Shown here piece by piece: positions 28,534 through 40,000 of a stretch of DNA of 64,000 nt (positions within the stretch are counted from its first letter, which is position 1; each line of letters opens with the position of its first letter). The notes below the pieces were generated by a model. It was given only the letters and a program-made list of their open reading frames with translations. It made no database searches and was not told the DNA's origin. The DNA comes from Catajapyx aquilonaris (lineage: Eukaryota). Position numbers and translations under genes: made by a program. The stretch lies in contig KZ538408.1 in the NCBI GenBank assembly GCA_000934665.2, positions 1 to 64,000 of the forward strand, given 5' to 3'.

Positions 28534-30447
28534 CAGTGGCGTAGCGTGGGTTGCCAGCGCCTGGGGCAAGGCAAGTATTGCACCCCCCCCCCCCCCCCNN
28601 NNNNNNNNNNNNNNNNNNNNNNNNNNNNNNNNNNNNNNNNNNNNNNNNNNNNNNNNNNNNNNNNNNNNNNNNNNNNNNNNNNNNNNNNNNNNNNNNNNNN
28701 NNNNNNNNNNNNNNNNNNNNNNCCCCCCCCCAGCACACGTATTGTATTTTAAGAAAATACCGATGTAATAAAAGAAAAAATGCATTTAATGCTAGTGTAA
28801 AGGAATGAATTCTCGGAAGGGAGAAAAATGATCTTTCCCAAAGAAAGCACAGTAAAGATGAGGGTAAATCCAATATACTGAACGAGTTTTCTGCATTAAT
28901 AACTATACAGAGTGTTTCACTAGGTAGTCCGCCCAAAGAATCGACTAATTATATTTTTCTTCCTACTCTACCTAGATACCTGGTAATTTGATTTAAAACC
29001 TACCTTAGTTCATGGGAATGTAGTACCATTCGCAATAAAGGCTGTACTCGACTTTCAATGACCTCCACACGCACTCGAAAGTGACTCGACGTGACAGTCC
29101 TTATTATCGAAGACCCTCTGCAGCACAACGACATTAATAGTCAGGATTGCTGCACCAAGTGTTTTGGAACAATACACTGGTAGATGACTTCCTTTAGAGT
29201 TTAGATAAAGAAGATATCGAAAAAGTGAAGCACAGGCTGCTGGAATGACCGAAAAAGTCACCATGATTTTGTCACAAGAAACCGGGTATCCTGCCACTAA
29301 TGGGAATATTTGAAGAATTGTGCTTGCAACAGTCAGCTTCGAGGTTAGAAGACTTGGATAGCAACATAAGTGCAGCAATCCGGGCCATTGATAAGGACGT
29401 GCGGAGGATATTCGATAATAAGGAGAGTCGGGTCGAGTCGCGTTCGAGTGAGTATGGAGGTCGTTGAAGGTAAGGTATAGCATTTATTGCGAATAGTTAG
29501 ACTATATTCCTATGAACTATATTACTATAAGGTAACTTTTAAACCAAACATCACATTTCAAGCAAAGTGGTAAGAAAAATACAGTATAGGCGATTCTTTG
29601 GGTGAACTACCTAGTTAAACACCCTGAAATATTTAAACTGTCTGGTTTCACCTAAAAAGGTAGAGTAGGTCACCCTCAATAAAGGCAAGACAGCTTGCTT
29701 TTCCTTAAAAATAAACAATTCGAGTATTGTGCAAAGAAGAAGGAACACTTCCTCAAAATCAAATTGGTGCATGGACGAGATCCCCCAGAATATTGTCACA
29801 GCTTCCAAGAAGAGAACCTCTCCTTTTTTTTTTACAACTGTCCTGTCACTCATGAAACCCATAGGAAGGCTAACTGCCCCTGTTTCATTTGCAACATTTG
29901 CATCATGGTCCATAAATCTAGCACTGTGGGGAGCCTCTTTCCTTGACTCAACACTAAGAGGACCAATTTTGCTTTATAATTAATTATATCACTGCTAAAT
30001 CCCGTCTATTCACGCACACTCTCATGGAAGATCACACAAGAATGCATCACTTTTTTGGCCTCTGACTCCGTAGTTTACAGTTGTATATTTTCTATTTGTA
30101 ATTTTTGCTTACTTTTTGCCTCAAACCTTATCATTATCATTATTTTTTTCACTTCGTCAATCTGAGGGGTGGGGGATGGGGCGCCCCCAGTTTGCCAATA
30201 TGTGAAATGTATATTTCCATGCACATTCCCACTTGCAACTTTTCTACTTACAGTTTGTGAAACCCCCTGGAAATGAGTTAATAGGATAACCCATTTGCAT
30301 TTATTGGAGTAAGAACTGTCTGAATGGGAGGGCGCTCGATTTTCATTTACGATATATCTTTCATTTTTTTAGACACGAAATTTTGCACCCCTCAGAATTT
30401 TGCGCCCAGGGCGACCGCCCCTCTGGCTCCCCCACGCTACGGCACTG
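28534..30447. mobile_element. hAT-like element nested in 27076-30538
   Basis: CAGTGGCGTAGCGTGGG...CCCACGCTACGGCACTG; TSD TCCGCTAA/TCAGCTAA (7/8); contains an N gap. Confidence 0.75.
28906..29626. mobile_element. Tc1/mariner-type MITE, third nesting level
   Basis: TACAGAGTGTTTCACTAGGTAGTCCGCCCAAAGAATCG...CGATTCTTTGGGTGAACTACCTAGTTAAACACCCTG. Confidence 0.75.
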
Positions 30448-30663
30448 TCAGCTAATATTTCTAGCAGTTTAGCATTAGCGATTTAGCGAAGTCAATTGTT
30501 TTAGTTAGTGGATTAGCTGTTAGCTGTGCCCACCACTGATTTTATGTGTGCAGCTAGATAATGTTGCAGGAATCAAACATGGTCATGACATATCTTTCCT
30601 CCTTTTATTATATGAAACCATTTCACTAAGCTTGGTACTCTGGTACTAAATTAGTTATAATTT

Positions 30664-31159
30664 TTAATCCTTTGAGGGCAGGGTTTTTTGGGCTCTTTTT
30701 TTCGTTTCTTGAAAAAATTTGTAGTAGGAGTGATATTAATGAAAAACAATATGCTCCAATATTTATCATTATAACTCGTGGTGGTCCTTTTCAATGTAAA
30801 ATGCCGAAATATTCATCTACAGGGTGTTCCAGAAAAAAAATTAAAGTGGAATTAACTTTAAATTAAATTAAATTAATTTTAATTTTCAAAGTCCCTATAA
30901 AATTGTTACTATGGTTACATAATAATACTAAAACACTGTACTATGAGAAATTACTATGAGTCCAGACATGATCCACCCTGTTCTGACACCATGGGAGGGG
31001 GTATTTTTAGCTCTCACTGGGAGGTGGAAAAACTGATTAGCATACGCCATGGTAGTTGAGCCCCCTTCCACGAGTGTGTCATTTCTGTCTAAACTCTTGC
31101 GCACCCAGTTCAAAAACCCGCAGATCGTCATATGACGATAGTAGGCCTCAAAGGGTTAA
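30664..31159. mobile_element. piggyBac-like MITE
   Basis: TTAA-TCCTTTGAGG...CCTCAAAGGG-TTAA; homologous to 13275-14590. Confidence 0.8.
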
Positions 31160-31606
31160 GCACGAAATTTTTATAAAATAAACAGGATATTTCATGCAGT
31201 AATAGGTTTGGTGACATTGAGTCTTCACTTGTTTCTGACATGACAACCAGGGGTGTTGGAGATGGATACGCAAGTATACTGTGCAGTCTCCTTATAGTCT
31301 TCTAGTCCTACCCCAGCTTTATGGAGACGGGTGTGATCCCCCCCACCAGTGGATTTGGTGCAGGCTTCGCTCCATGGGGCCTAAGGCAGTTCGGCCCACG
31401 TTCGGGTGGACGGCTTCTGAACCAACCAAAACTGTCCTTTCCACTGCAGCTGAGTCCATAGCACAGTCGCAGAGCCATCCGCCAGCTGCCTGAACATGGC
31501 CAGAACCGCATAAGGCCCCATGAGCCGAATCCAGTGCCAAACCAGTCAAATTGGAGAGCAGCTATGCTCACGCAAAGGTGGAGGGAGTTGCAGGACCTGT
31601 ACATGA

Positions 31607-32140
31607 TACAAGAGGCATTTGGAAAGTCTGTTTATTTTTTTGCCTGAAATGCAGGGTCAGTGGAGGTCGGCAGATGGGCACACATTATTGATAGAACCCT
31701 CCTGGAGCCAAATGCACTGGCACCATGGGTGTGGCAACCTCTCCAGGCCCTCCAGTAACCACTTTTTGGTGGCACGGCCCTCCCACTCCCGGACAACTGC
31801 TCACAGTCAACAACCGTCAACAATGTACTCGAAATGGCATCGGTGAAGGGTTTTTTTCATGGATCTGGGGTTGGGTGCTTCCACACCTGCCATACTCCTT
31901 GAAAAAACCTCTTTGCCGACGCCATTTCCAGGACATTGTTGAACAGGAAGCAGCTGTCTGGGGGTGGGTGCGCCGCACCTCCAAAACTTCGTTCCTGGAG
32001 GGCCTGGAGAGGTTGACATCCCTATGATGCCAGTGCATTCAGCTCCAGGAGGGTTCTGTAGATAATGTGTGCCTATCTGCCAACCTGCATGGGCCCTGTA
32101 TTTGTGGCAAAAAAATACAGTGGAAAGACTTTCCCCTCAT
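31607..32140. mobile_element. Mariner foldback of two 3' ends
   Basis: WVLPHLPYSLKKPLCRRHFQDIVEQEAAVWGWVRRTSKTSFLEGLERL (mariner C-terminus) on plus, mirrored on minus. Confidence 0.8.
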
Positions 32141-32289
32141 ACAAGAACACGATACAGCGAATACCCAGCCAAGATGAAGTGAAATGTGAGGCTATACACA
32201 GCTAAAGGTTGCATACACATTAAACCCTGCAAGGCACCCAAGGTTCGGCTAACTTCAGCAAAAAAAGCTGGTGCCTGTTGTGTGTATCA

Positions 32290-32523
32290 CACAGGGTGTT
32301 CCAAGTGTCAGGGTCATTTTTAGTTATTGCTAATATTGCCCAAAGTTGTTATATTTGTGTAGCTTTTTGTGCCCAATTACTGCCTGACGGTCAAATATAG
32401 CAAATGCTGTATAATAAGAGCACCTGGATAAGGGCGCAAAAAGCTACCATACAAAAAAACAAAAACAGCTTTGAGCAAAATATCCTATAACTAAATCAAC
32501 CTACATACTTGAAACACCCCGTA
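32290..32523. mobile_element. Degenerate Tc1/mariner MITE
   Basis: CAGGGTGTTCCAAG...CTTGAAACACCCCGTA; related to 33297-33520 and ~53690-53868. Confidence 0.6.
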
Positions 32524-33296
32524 TACGTAATATTATGTAAGTGTAGAAACATCATAGGTTATCATGATTTAGGTTGACCAAAGTGGGGAAGAACACTGTT
32601 TGGCAAGCCTTTGCACTTCTAGTATATACCCTGCTAAAATTTTCCTGGGACACCCCTGATCACAACTATTCTGTGCCTGCATGGACAGTAGCATAATATC
32701 TAGCCTTTTTGTTACTCTGTAAAAACTTATGTCCCATGTTACAGCCATGTGTTTTTCATGAGAAAATAAATATATTATAATTTAATGGCAGGTTGTCCTC
32801 CGAAGGAAGCTAGTATCCACCTTACATTATCCACCATTATCCACCTAGCATTATGGTTATCAGCAAATTTCATGTACGTCAGGAGGAATGACTAGCTACA
32901 TGAAATATCAAATGTTATAATACTGTCTAGGTTAGCCAGAAAAGAGAGGAGATTATGTGCTTTGTTTTCACCAGCTAACAGGAGGTAATAGAGTAGATTC
33001 CATCCATCCATAAGTCTGTGCTGTAGGTCAAAAGTATAAAAGCATAAAAACCTAACCATTACATTCCACAGGACAAGACATAACAAGTTCTTGCAAATGT
33101 AAAGATTGAGGAAGACAGGTGGTTCAAACATGCAACTAATCTTTTTCTCAATACAAATAATTACACATACTAGAGTCCTCCCCAAGTTCAGCAAGTCATT
33201 TTGGTGTGTAATGGTTGCATACGATAGGACAATTTCAGTTCTGAAAATAAAGTGTAAAGTACATGATCATGCGTCATCATTACTGGAACCAAGAAA

Positions 33297-33520
33297 TACA
33301 GGGTGTTCCAGATTCGTGGGTCGCTTTTTGATAACTGATATCGCCCGATAGCAGTTTTTAAAAATAGCTTGTGCCTCTAACCGTAACTACTGCTATATTC
33401 AACCCACTGGGGGTCAAATATAGCAGGTGCTATAGAATGGAGCACATGAAGCTACAAAAAAACTGCTATTGGGCGATATCAGTTATCAAAAAGTGACCCA
33501 CGAATCTGCAACAACCTATA
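33297..33520. mobile_element. Tc1/mariner MITE
   Basis: TACAGGGTGTTCCAGATTCGTGGGTC...GACCCACGAATCTGCAACAACCTATA. Confidence 0.7.
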
Positions 33521-34078
33521 TAAGTCCCCCCCCACCCCACACACACAGAGCAGTGACCCCATTCACATATGATTTGCAAAGAAAGAAAAGCGAAAGGAAA
33601 AGCCCGGTAAGTTCTACCCTAACTGCTCAACACGAAGTCAGGTGGGAGATGTTGGACCAGAAATGACCCTAAACATGTTATTACACCTAATACCTTAAGA
33701 AATATCATTAGGACAGCCAAATAATTGTCCCCATGGAAGTCATAATAATCTTAGATGCTAAAATAAATATCTAGGTTAGGTCAGACTGCCAAAATATGAT
33801 TCTTTATAGAAATCCAAGTATAAATAGCATACAAAAAAAATCCATTTCTGTGAAGCTGGTTTTCAGTCTTTGCAACATGTTAAAAATGAGGATTTTTCAC
33901 TACTTAATGAAATGGATTTTTAAAATCCAAAGTAGCTTATCCTTGATGATTGAAATGTACATGTTAAGCTCTTGTGGTTTTCCATGTCTCCATAAGATGC
34001 TGTACATATGGATTTCTACAAGTTCAATGTTGTCCCAGTGTTTAATATGCTGGTGGAAACAAAGCAGTCAAGGCAGCA

Positions 34079-37000
34079 CTAGAATTCATCATGAAATATT
34101 ACTGGATCTAGTTCATCTAGGGCATTCTCCAACCACAACATAATGTTCTGGCTACTTTGGCTGTGCACAGTTTCTCCCTGAGGGTCCTGAGAATCAGATG
34201 ATCCGCGATAAAACTTGACTGTTGGATAAGCTCTAACACCCGCTTGGCTACATATCCATTGGTAAGCTTGGCAGTTCAGTTTACCTGCCTTAACTTTCCC
34301 TTCAAATTTCTGTGGAGGAAAACACAACAATGTCTTAAATTGTAAGAATCACTATCAAATAATATTTCTCTCTCTCCTGGGCTTACCTTTGCCACAATTT
34401 CAAATTCAGGTGCAAATGTATGACAATGGCCACACCAAGGAGTATAAAAATCAATGATCCATGGATCTGAACTTGGCAAGACATCATTAAGGAAGCCATC
34501 TGGATCCAATGACATAACAGAAGATGGCAAAAAGTTGAACAGCCATTGTATGAGAGCCAATGAATCCCGCTGGTAGCTGGAGTACATTCTGCAAAAACAT
34601 TTTTTGCATCATGAGTCATTAATACCCCACAAGTTACTCTCTGATGTACCATGCCTGTTCACGTGAAGGTGTACCAATGCGAACAAAGAGTAGGTGACAT
34701 TGGCTAGTAACTGAGAAACTTTCTAAGACCTATGCCAGATAGCCATGTGTGTTGCTTTGGCTTGCCCAATAAACTAAACCCAAGAGCTTGTGACACCTTG
34801 ACATGGAACAAACATTGTGGGATCCATGTAACATCTCAAATCCCATCAATGAAAAAAAACTCACTTATTCACACATCTTATGGAAAACTACCTTACCAAA
34901 ATCCCTGGGTTTACGTGCACCCCCGGTTTGCGAGTCATTTCGGCATCCTTCACCCTTCTGCCGAATGACTCTGCGACCGATTTTTCCATTAGCACCTCAA
35001 ATGGTGATTCGTCAGACCAAATCACCTTCCTCCAGTCAGTGAATGTCCAGTTTAGATGGTCCCACACCCATTGGTAGAGCCGTTTCTTCTAGACTCAGGT
35101 GAGGAGTGGTTTCCTCTTTGACTTGTAGGACCTGTACCCCATATCTTTCAGCCTTTTCATGGTTATTTTCGTTGAAATTGGATGCCTCAGGCTTTCTGCC
35201 ACGATGCTGCAGCCTCCACAAAAGTGCCTGGTCTGTTTTTCCTGACAATCCAGTGCAGCATCCGTTCCTCTCGTGTTGTTGTTGACTTTCATGGCACCAA
35301 ACTTTTCTTCAGCTCAACTGTTCCAGTGGTGTCGTAATGCTTTAGGAACATGCATATTGTAGACTTTGGAACCAACAGTTCCTGGCCTATCTGCCGAAGA
35401 GGTAAACCATCCTGACCGAGGGGTAAGTTACTCTATGGTTTGGTGTACGACGGACTTTGGACTTGCAAAAGTATTATTGTAACATACATAAAACGCATAT
35501 GACATGAGAATGTGACATCCAATAAATGGGTATGAGATATTGTAGCATACAAAAATGCATATGACTTTGTAGCATACAAAAATGCTATGACATGAGAATG
35601 TGACATCCAAAAAAATGGGTATGAGATATTGTAGCATACAAAAATGCATATGACATGAGAATGTGACATCCAATAAATGGGTATGAGATATTGTAGCATA
35701 CAAAAATGCGTATGACATATTGTAGCATACAAAAATGCGTATGACATATTGTAGCATACAAAAATGCGTATGACATATTGTAGCATACAAAAATGCGTAT
35801 GACATATTGTAACATACCAAAATGCGTATGACATGAAAATGTGACATTTGCGGTACACCCTGTATCGCGGGTGCTAGGAAATGTCATTCTCCCACCATGA
35901 AAACATGATGCATACTCTGGAGTAAATCCATCGGTTTTACTGCCTTTCCCCCTGTTGGGTTGGTATGTTGTACCTAACCAAGCTTTGAACCGCTCCGAAC
36001 CCGCTCCTGAACCCGCTCCGGAACCCGCTCCTGAACCGGGTTCAACTCCGGAGCCGTTCGCTCCGAACCCGCTCCGACCTTCGCTCCACTCTCCCCCGGA
36101 ACCAGCTTGAACCCGTACCCCGTTCCGATGCTCACTCCGGACTCCGACTCTACTGCTCCGGAGCGGGTTCGATGTTATCGGGTTCACGGAGCAACCCTGG
36201 TAAAGAGGGTATCTGCAGATGGAATTGCAGGTGCGTCACAGGTCTGATGTGTACGTCTCTGTGCAAATGTGATGCAGAGTGTATCAGGCCTTAAGTGGGT
36301 TTTACACAGTCGTTTTTACTCTGACTTCGACCAGGTTCGAACATCGAACCTACTGTGTAAATGGCATTCCATGTCGGATCCGACGTTGGAGCCAGGGAGG
36401 CCAGCTCAGATCACCTGGGCAGGTCGGAGACGGGAGAGTGGCGGGGCAAGATGTCGGATTGATTGTGTGAATCACTGTTCGACTCATCCCGGCTCTCTGA
36501 TTGGCTAGTGAGGTCTTCTAGTCGAACTCGTTGCCCCCCACACCACCTTCACCTCCACCTTTTATTTAGTAAACAAACTTTGCCCCCCCCCCCCTCCACC
36601 CCCCTCCACAAAAACGTGTCCCCCCACCTTCCAACATGGAACATTGGACATCGGACATCGAACAGCAGACCTATGTCTGAACAGGTGTCTGATGCCTCTG
36701 AGTTGGAGAGTCGGAGTCGGATCGACTGTGTAGAGCCCACTTAAGAACTACAAATATTGTGAAACCACACAGCGTTGTAGATCGAAATATATGTTGCTAC
36801 AGTTGTATAATGATTTAGTTCTGTATTACACATTCAATAACATGGAGGCAAAAATTATCAGCATGCCCTCGTAATTCACCTCTGAGGTACCTTTAACAAG
36901 TAATGGTTTAAACCTCAGCTCTCTCTCTATCAGGTCTAAAACAACTTTACAACTTCACCAGCAATGCCAACTGTGGTCTTACTCACCAACGGTTGAACCC

Positions 37001-40000
37001 GTAAGATACCACTGCAAGGAATTTGTGCATGCCCAAAAGGGGGAAATCATTATTTTGTGAGGTCAAGAACAATCTAGGCCAGGGGGTTCTTAACCTTTTC
37101 GGGCCTACGCACCCCTCTGAAGACAGTTGGTCCTTGTCGCACCCCCTATACCAGGGGTGATTGATTAGGTTCATAGTTAGACGCAGTCCAGAGGTGCACC
37201 TTGCTCGCACCCCCAGGGGACCCACCTCGCACTCCCTGTGGGTGCAGGCACCCCAGGTTAAGAACTGCTGATCTAGGCAGATAATGAAGGACTTCGCTTT
37301 TTAGCTTAAAACAGGTCTGCAGCAAGGTCAGGTGCTTCTAACACTATTCAGTGTTTCCAAACAGGAAAATTGCTAAAACTATAATGGAAGTCTAACACAG
37401 TGGCTGTAAATGATGTAATGACAAGGTAAGTACTTCAATATGGATACTTCAAAGACTGAACACCATTATGCATGAAAACCTATATATCTTGTCATTCCTC
37501 TCCACTCTTCTACACTGATGAAAGATATGACATAGTAGGCTTACTCACGCTACTTGACTAGTGCCTTTCCCACCAGAAGGGTACAGGTGAATGCTTGGAA
37601 AAGACCTAACAGACTGCTCAGAGCACAGTTCTGATTCCGCAACACAATCCACTTGAGCCACATGGACATCTGGCAAACCAGCAACAGCCTGAAAATACAT
37701 AAGTTGATATCACTGTCAACTGGCAACCCTTTTTTCTCTTTTTTCATATAACGCACTTTAGCCAACTTCCTCCACTCAGGAGCCAACTGCTGACATGGAG
37801 TACACCAGGGGGCAAAAAAATCCACCATCCAGATTTCATTCACAGGCTTATTTCCCAGCTCCTTGTAAAATGTCTCAAGATTCAGGCTCACAACTGGAAA
37901 CATTGATATCAATGCTTCAGTATGTCTCATATGGATAAACACTAGTGGGAGGAAATAAGATACCTCCGAGAAAACTGCCACGAGCATCAAGAGAACCCAT
38001 CAAAAGACTTTCCAAATGAGAAATTTCTCAGGTCCGATCCAGCCTCCAGGGAACGAACTCAGGACCTCAGAGTTGGAAGGCTGTGGCAATTATCACTAGG
38101 CCACTCCCTGACTCCATGATTGTGTATATACCAGTATACCTACTGTCTCATGAGTGCATGCCATTCCACAGCTAAGAAGTGGATTCAGATTCCCACAACT
38201 TGTAACAATAAATACAGTAAAACTTCTATAAGTCGAACTTCCCTAATTCGAAGTTCTCTATAAGTCGAATAAAATGATGAGCTTGGTTGGTCACAATGTA
38301 AAATAATAGGAAATAGGAAACTTCCCTAACTCGAATTTCTATAACTTGAAGTTCTCCATAACTCGAAGTGCATGCAGGGCCTTACCATGGCATATTGATG
38401 CATTTTCAATCTCCCTGAGTTGAAGTTCAAGTAGGCGAGTACGGAAAATTTTCTCATTTCCCAGCTGAAGGGTCAAGAGTAGGCCACATGTACTATCGGA
38501 CGCATAAAGAATGTCCGGGGAGATTCTTCGTTCAGCCTTGTGGAGGCAACCCATTGCACCTGGGTAGCTAAGGGAGGAGGGAAAAAACTCGGCAGATAAG
38601 CATGGACGTACACACTAGTGTGTGTGTACACACCTGTGCAATGGTTTGCCTCCGCCAGGCTGAACGAAGAATCTCCCCGGACATTCTTTATGCGTCCCGT
38701 AGTACAGAAAGGCTCATATTCCTGATCTCTGTCTACCAGACGTACCGAAAGAAGTGTTTGACTCGAATGTGACAATTGAATCCTTGAATCTAACAAGGGA
38801 AGGTCACGGGGTGATAATGACAGATCTTGATGAAATTGATCATGCTAATACAGGACAATATGATACCCAAAAATGAAATATTTCATGCGGAACCCCATAT
38901 TTGCAAAAGTTATGACGTCTTAAAGTTCCAAAAATAATACATTTTCATACTCCATGGGATTACATTAGCGACCACATATAATGACATTGAAGTGTGTAAT
39001 CAGTTTCTAGACCGTTTCTCATTCTTTCAGGGAGCATGTGAATCGATATTCCACCCCCCTAAAAAGGCTCAGCCTTATCATGGGGTAACGTAAAAAAAAA
39101 GAAAAAAAGAAAAAAAGAAAGAGGAATGTTGTCTTATTTTGACAATGTCAAAAATCTTTGCCTAAATGCATATGTAACATTATTAACGAATCCAGACTAA
39201 AAAGATTAGTGTTACAACCAACCCCGATCTCCCTTACTGTTTATATCTACAGGGTGGTCGGTAAATGGCGCACAAGCTTCAGAGAGATTCCTTGTGAAAA
39301 ACCAGTATATGGAAGTGAAGGTCATATTGCTCTACGAGGCCTGGTTACGGCTCACGAGGCCTCCAAAGTTTGGGCCAAATCATGACGTCACATCTGCCTG
39401 CGAAATTCAAACACTACCATATCGCTACCGTACGCGGTGTGTTGCTAGGCGATGCCATGTTGACATCCCCCACATGTTTACCAAGCAATGGAACCGCATA
39501 AACTCGCAGGGACGTTGCCAGGTGATGCCTTACCATCGTCCCGTGAGTTTATACGACGGTATGGCAACGTCCCCGAGAGTTTATACGGTTCCATTGTTTG
39601 GTGAACATGTGGGAGATGTCAACATGACAACGCCTAGCAACACACTGTGTATGGTAGCGATACGGTAGTGTTTGAATTTCGCGGGCGGATGTGACGTCAT
39701 GATTTGGCCCAAACTTTGGAGGCCTCGTGAGCCGTAACCAGGCCTCATAGAGCAATATGACCTTCATTTCCATATACTGGCTTTTCACAAGGAATCTCGC
39801 TACCTGAAGCTTGTGCGCCATTTACCGACCACCCTGTATACACGTACCATAATGCACCCAAAAAACAAACGGGCCTATACTGTTGTGTGTTTGGACTCAC
39901 AGTCAGAAGTATTGCAGCAATATACTTATGTTTACATTGTATTGTTATTTTCAACATTTTCCAATAAAATGATTTTCAGAGGTAATTTAGACACCGGCAT

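Larger units (their letters stand above)
27076..30538. mobile_element. hAT-like element hosting nested insertions
   Basis: CAGTGGTG...CACCACTG; TSD GTTTTATG/ATTTTATG (7/8); GCTAA/TTAGC subterminal repeats. Confidence 0.7.

Noticed and set aside
28426..28936. ORFs spanning N runs (also 57550-57951)
   Set aside because: Assembly gaps bounded by poly-C/poly-G; the translations are meaningless.
35428..35858. CRISPR-like regular repeats and repetitive ORFs
   Set aside because: Tandem units without unique spacers, no cas genes, eukaryotic context; this is a Tc1 subterminal minisatellite.
35585..36187. 200-aa ORF with GSGA repeats
   Set aside because: Read-through of two repeat arrays inside a DNAJC10 intron.
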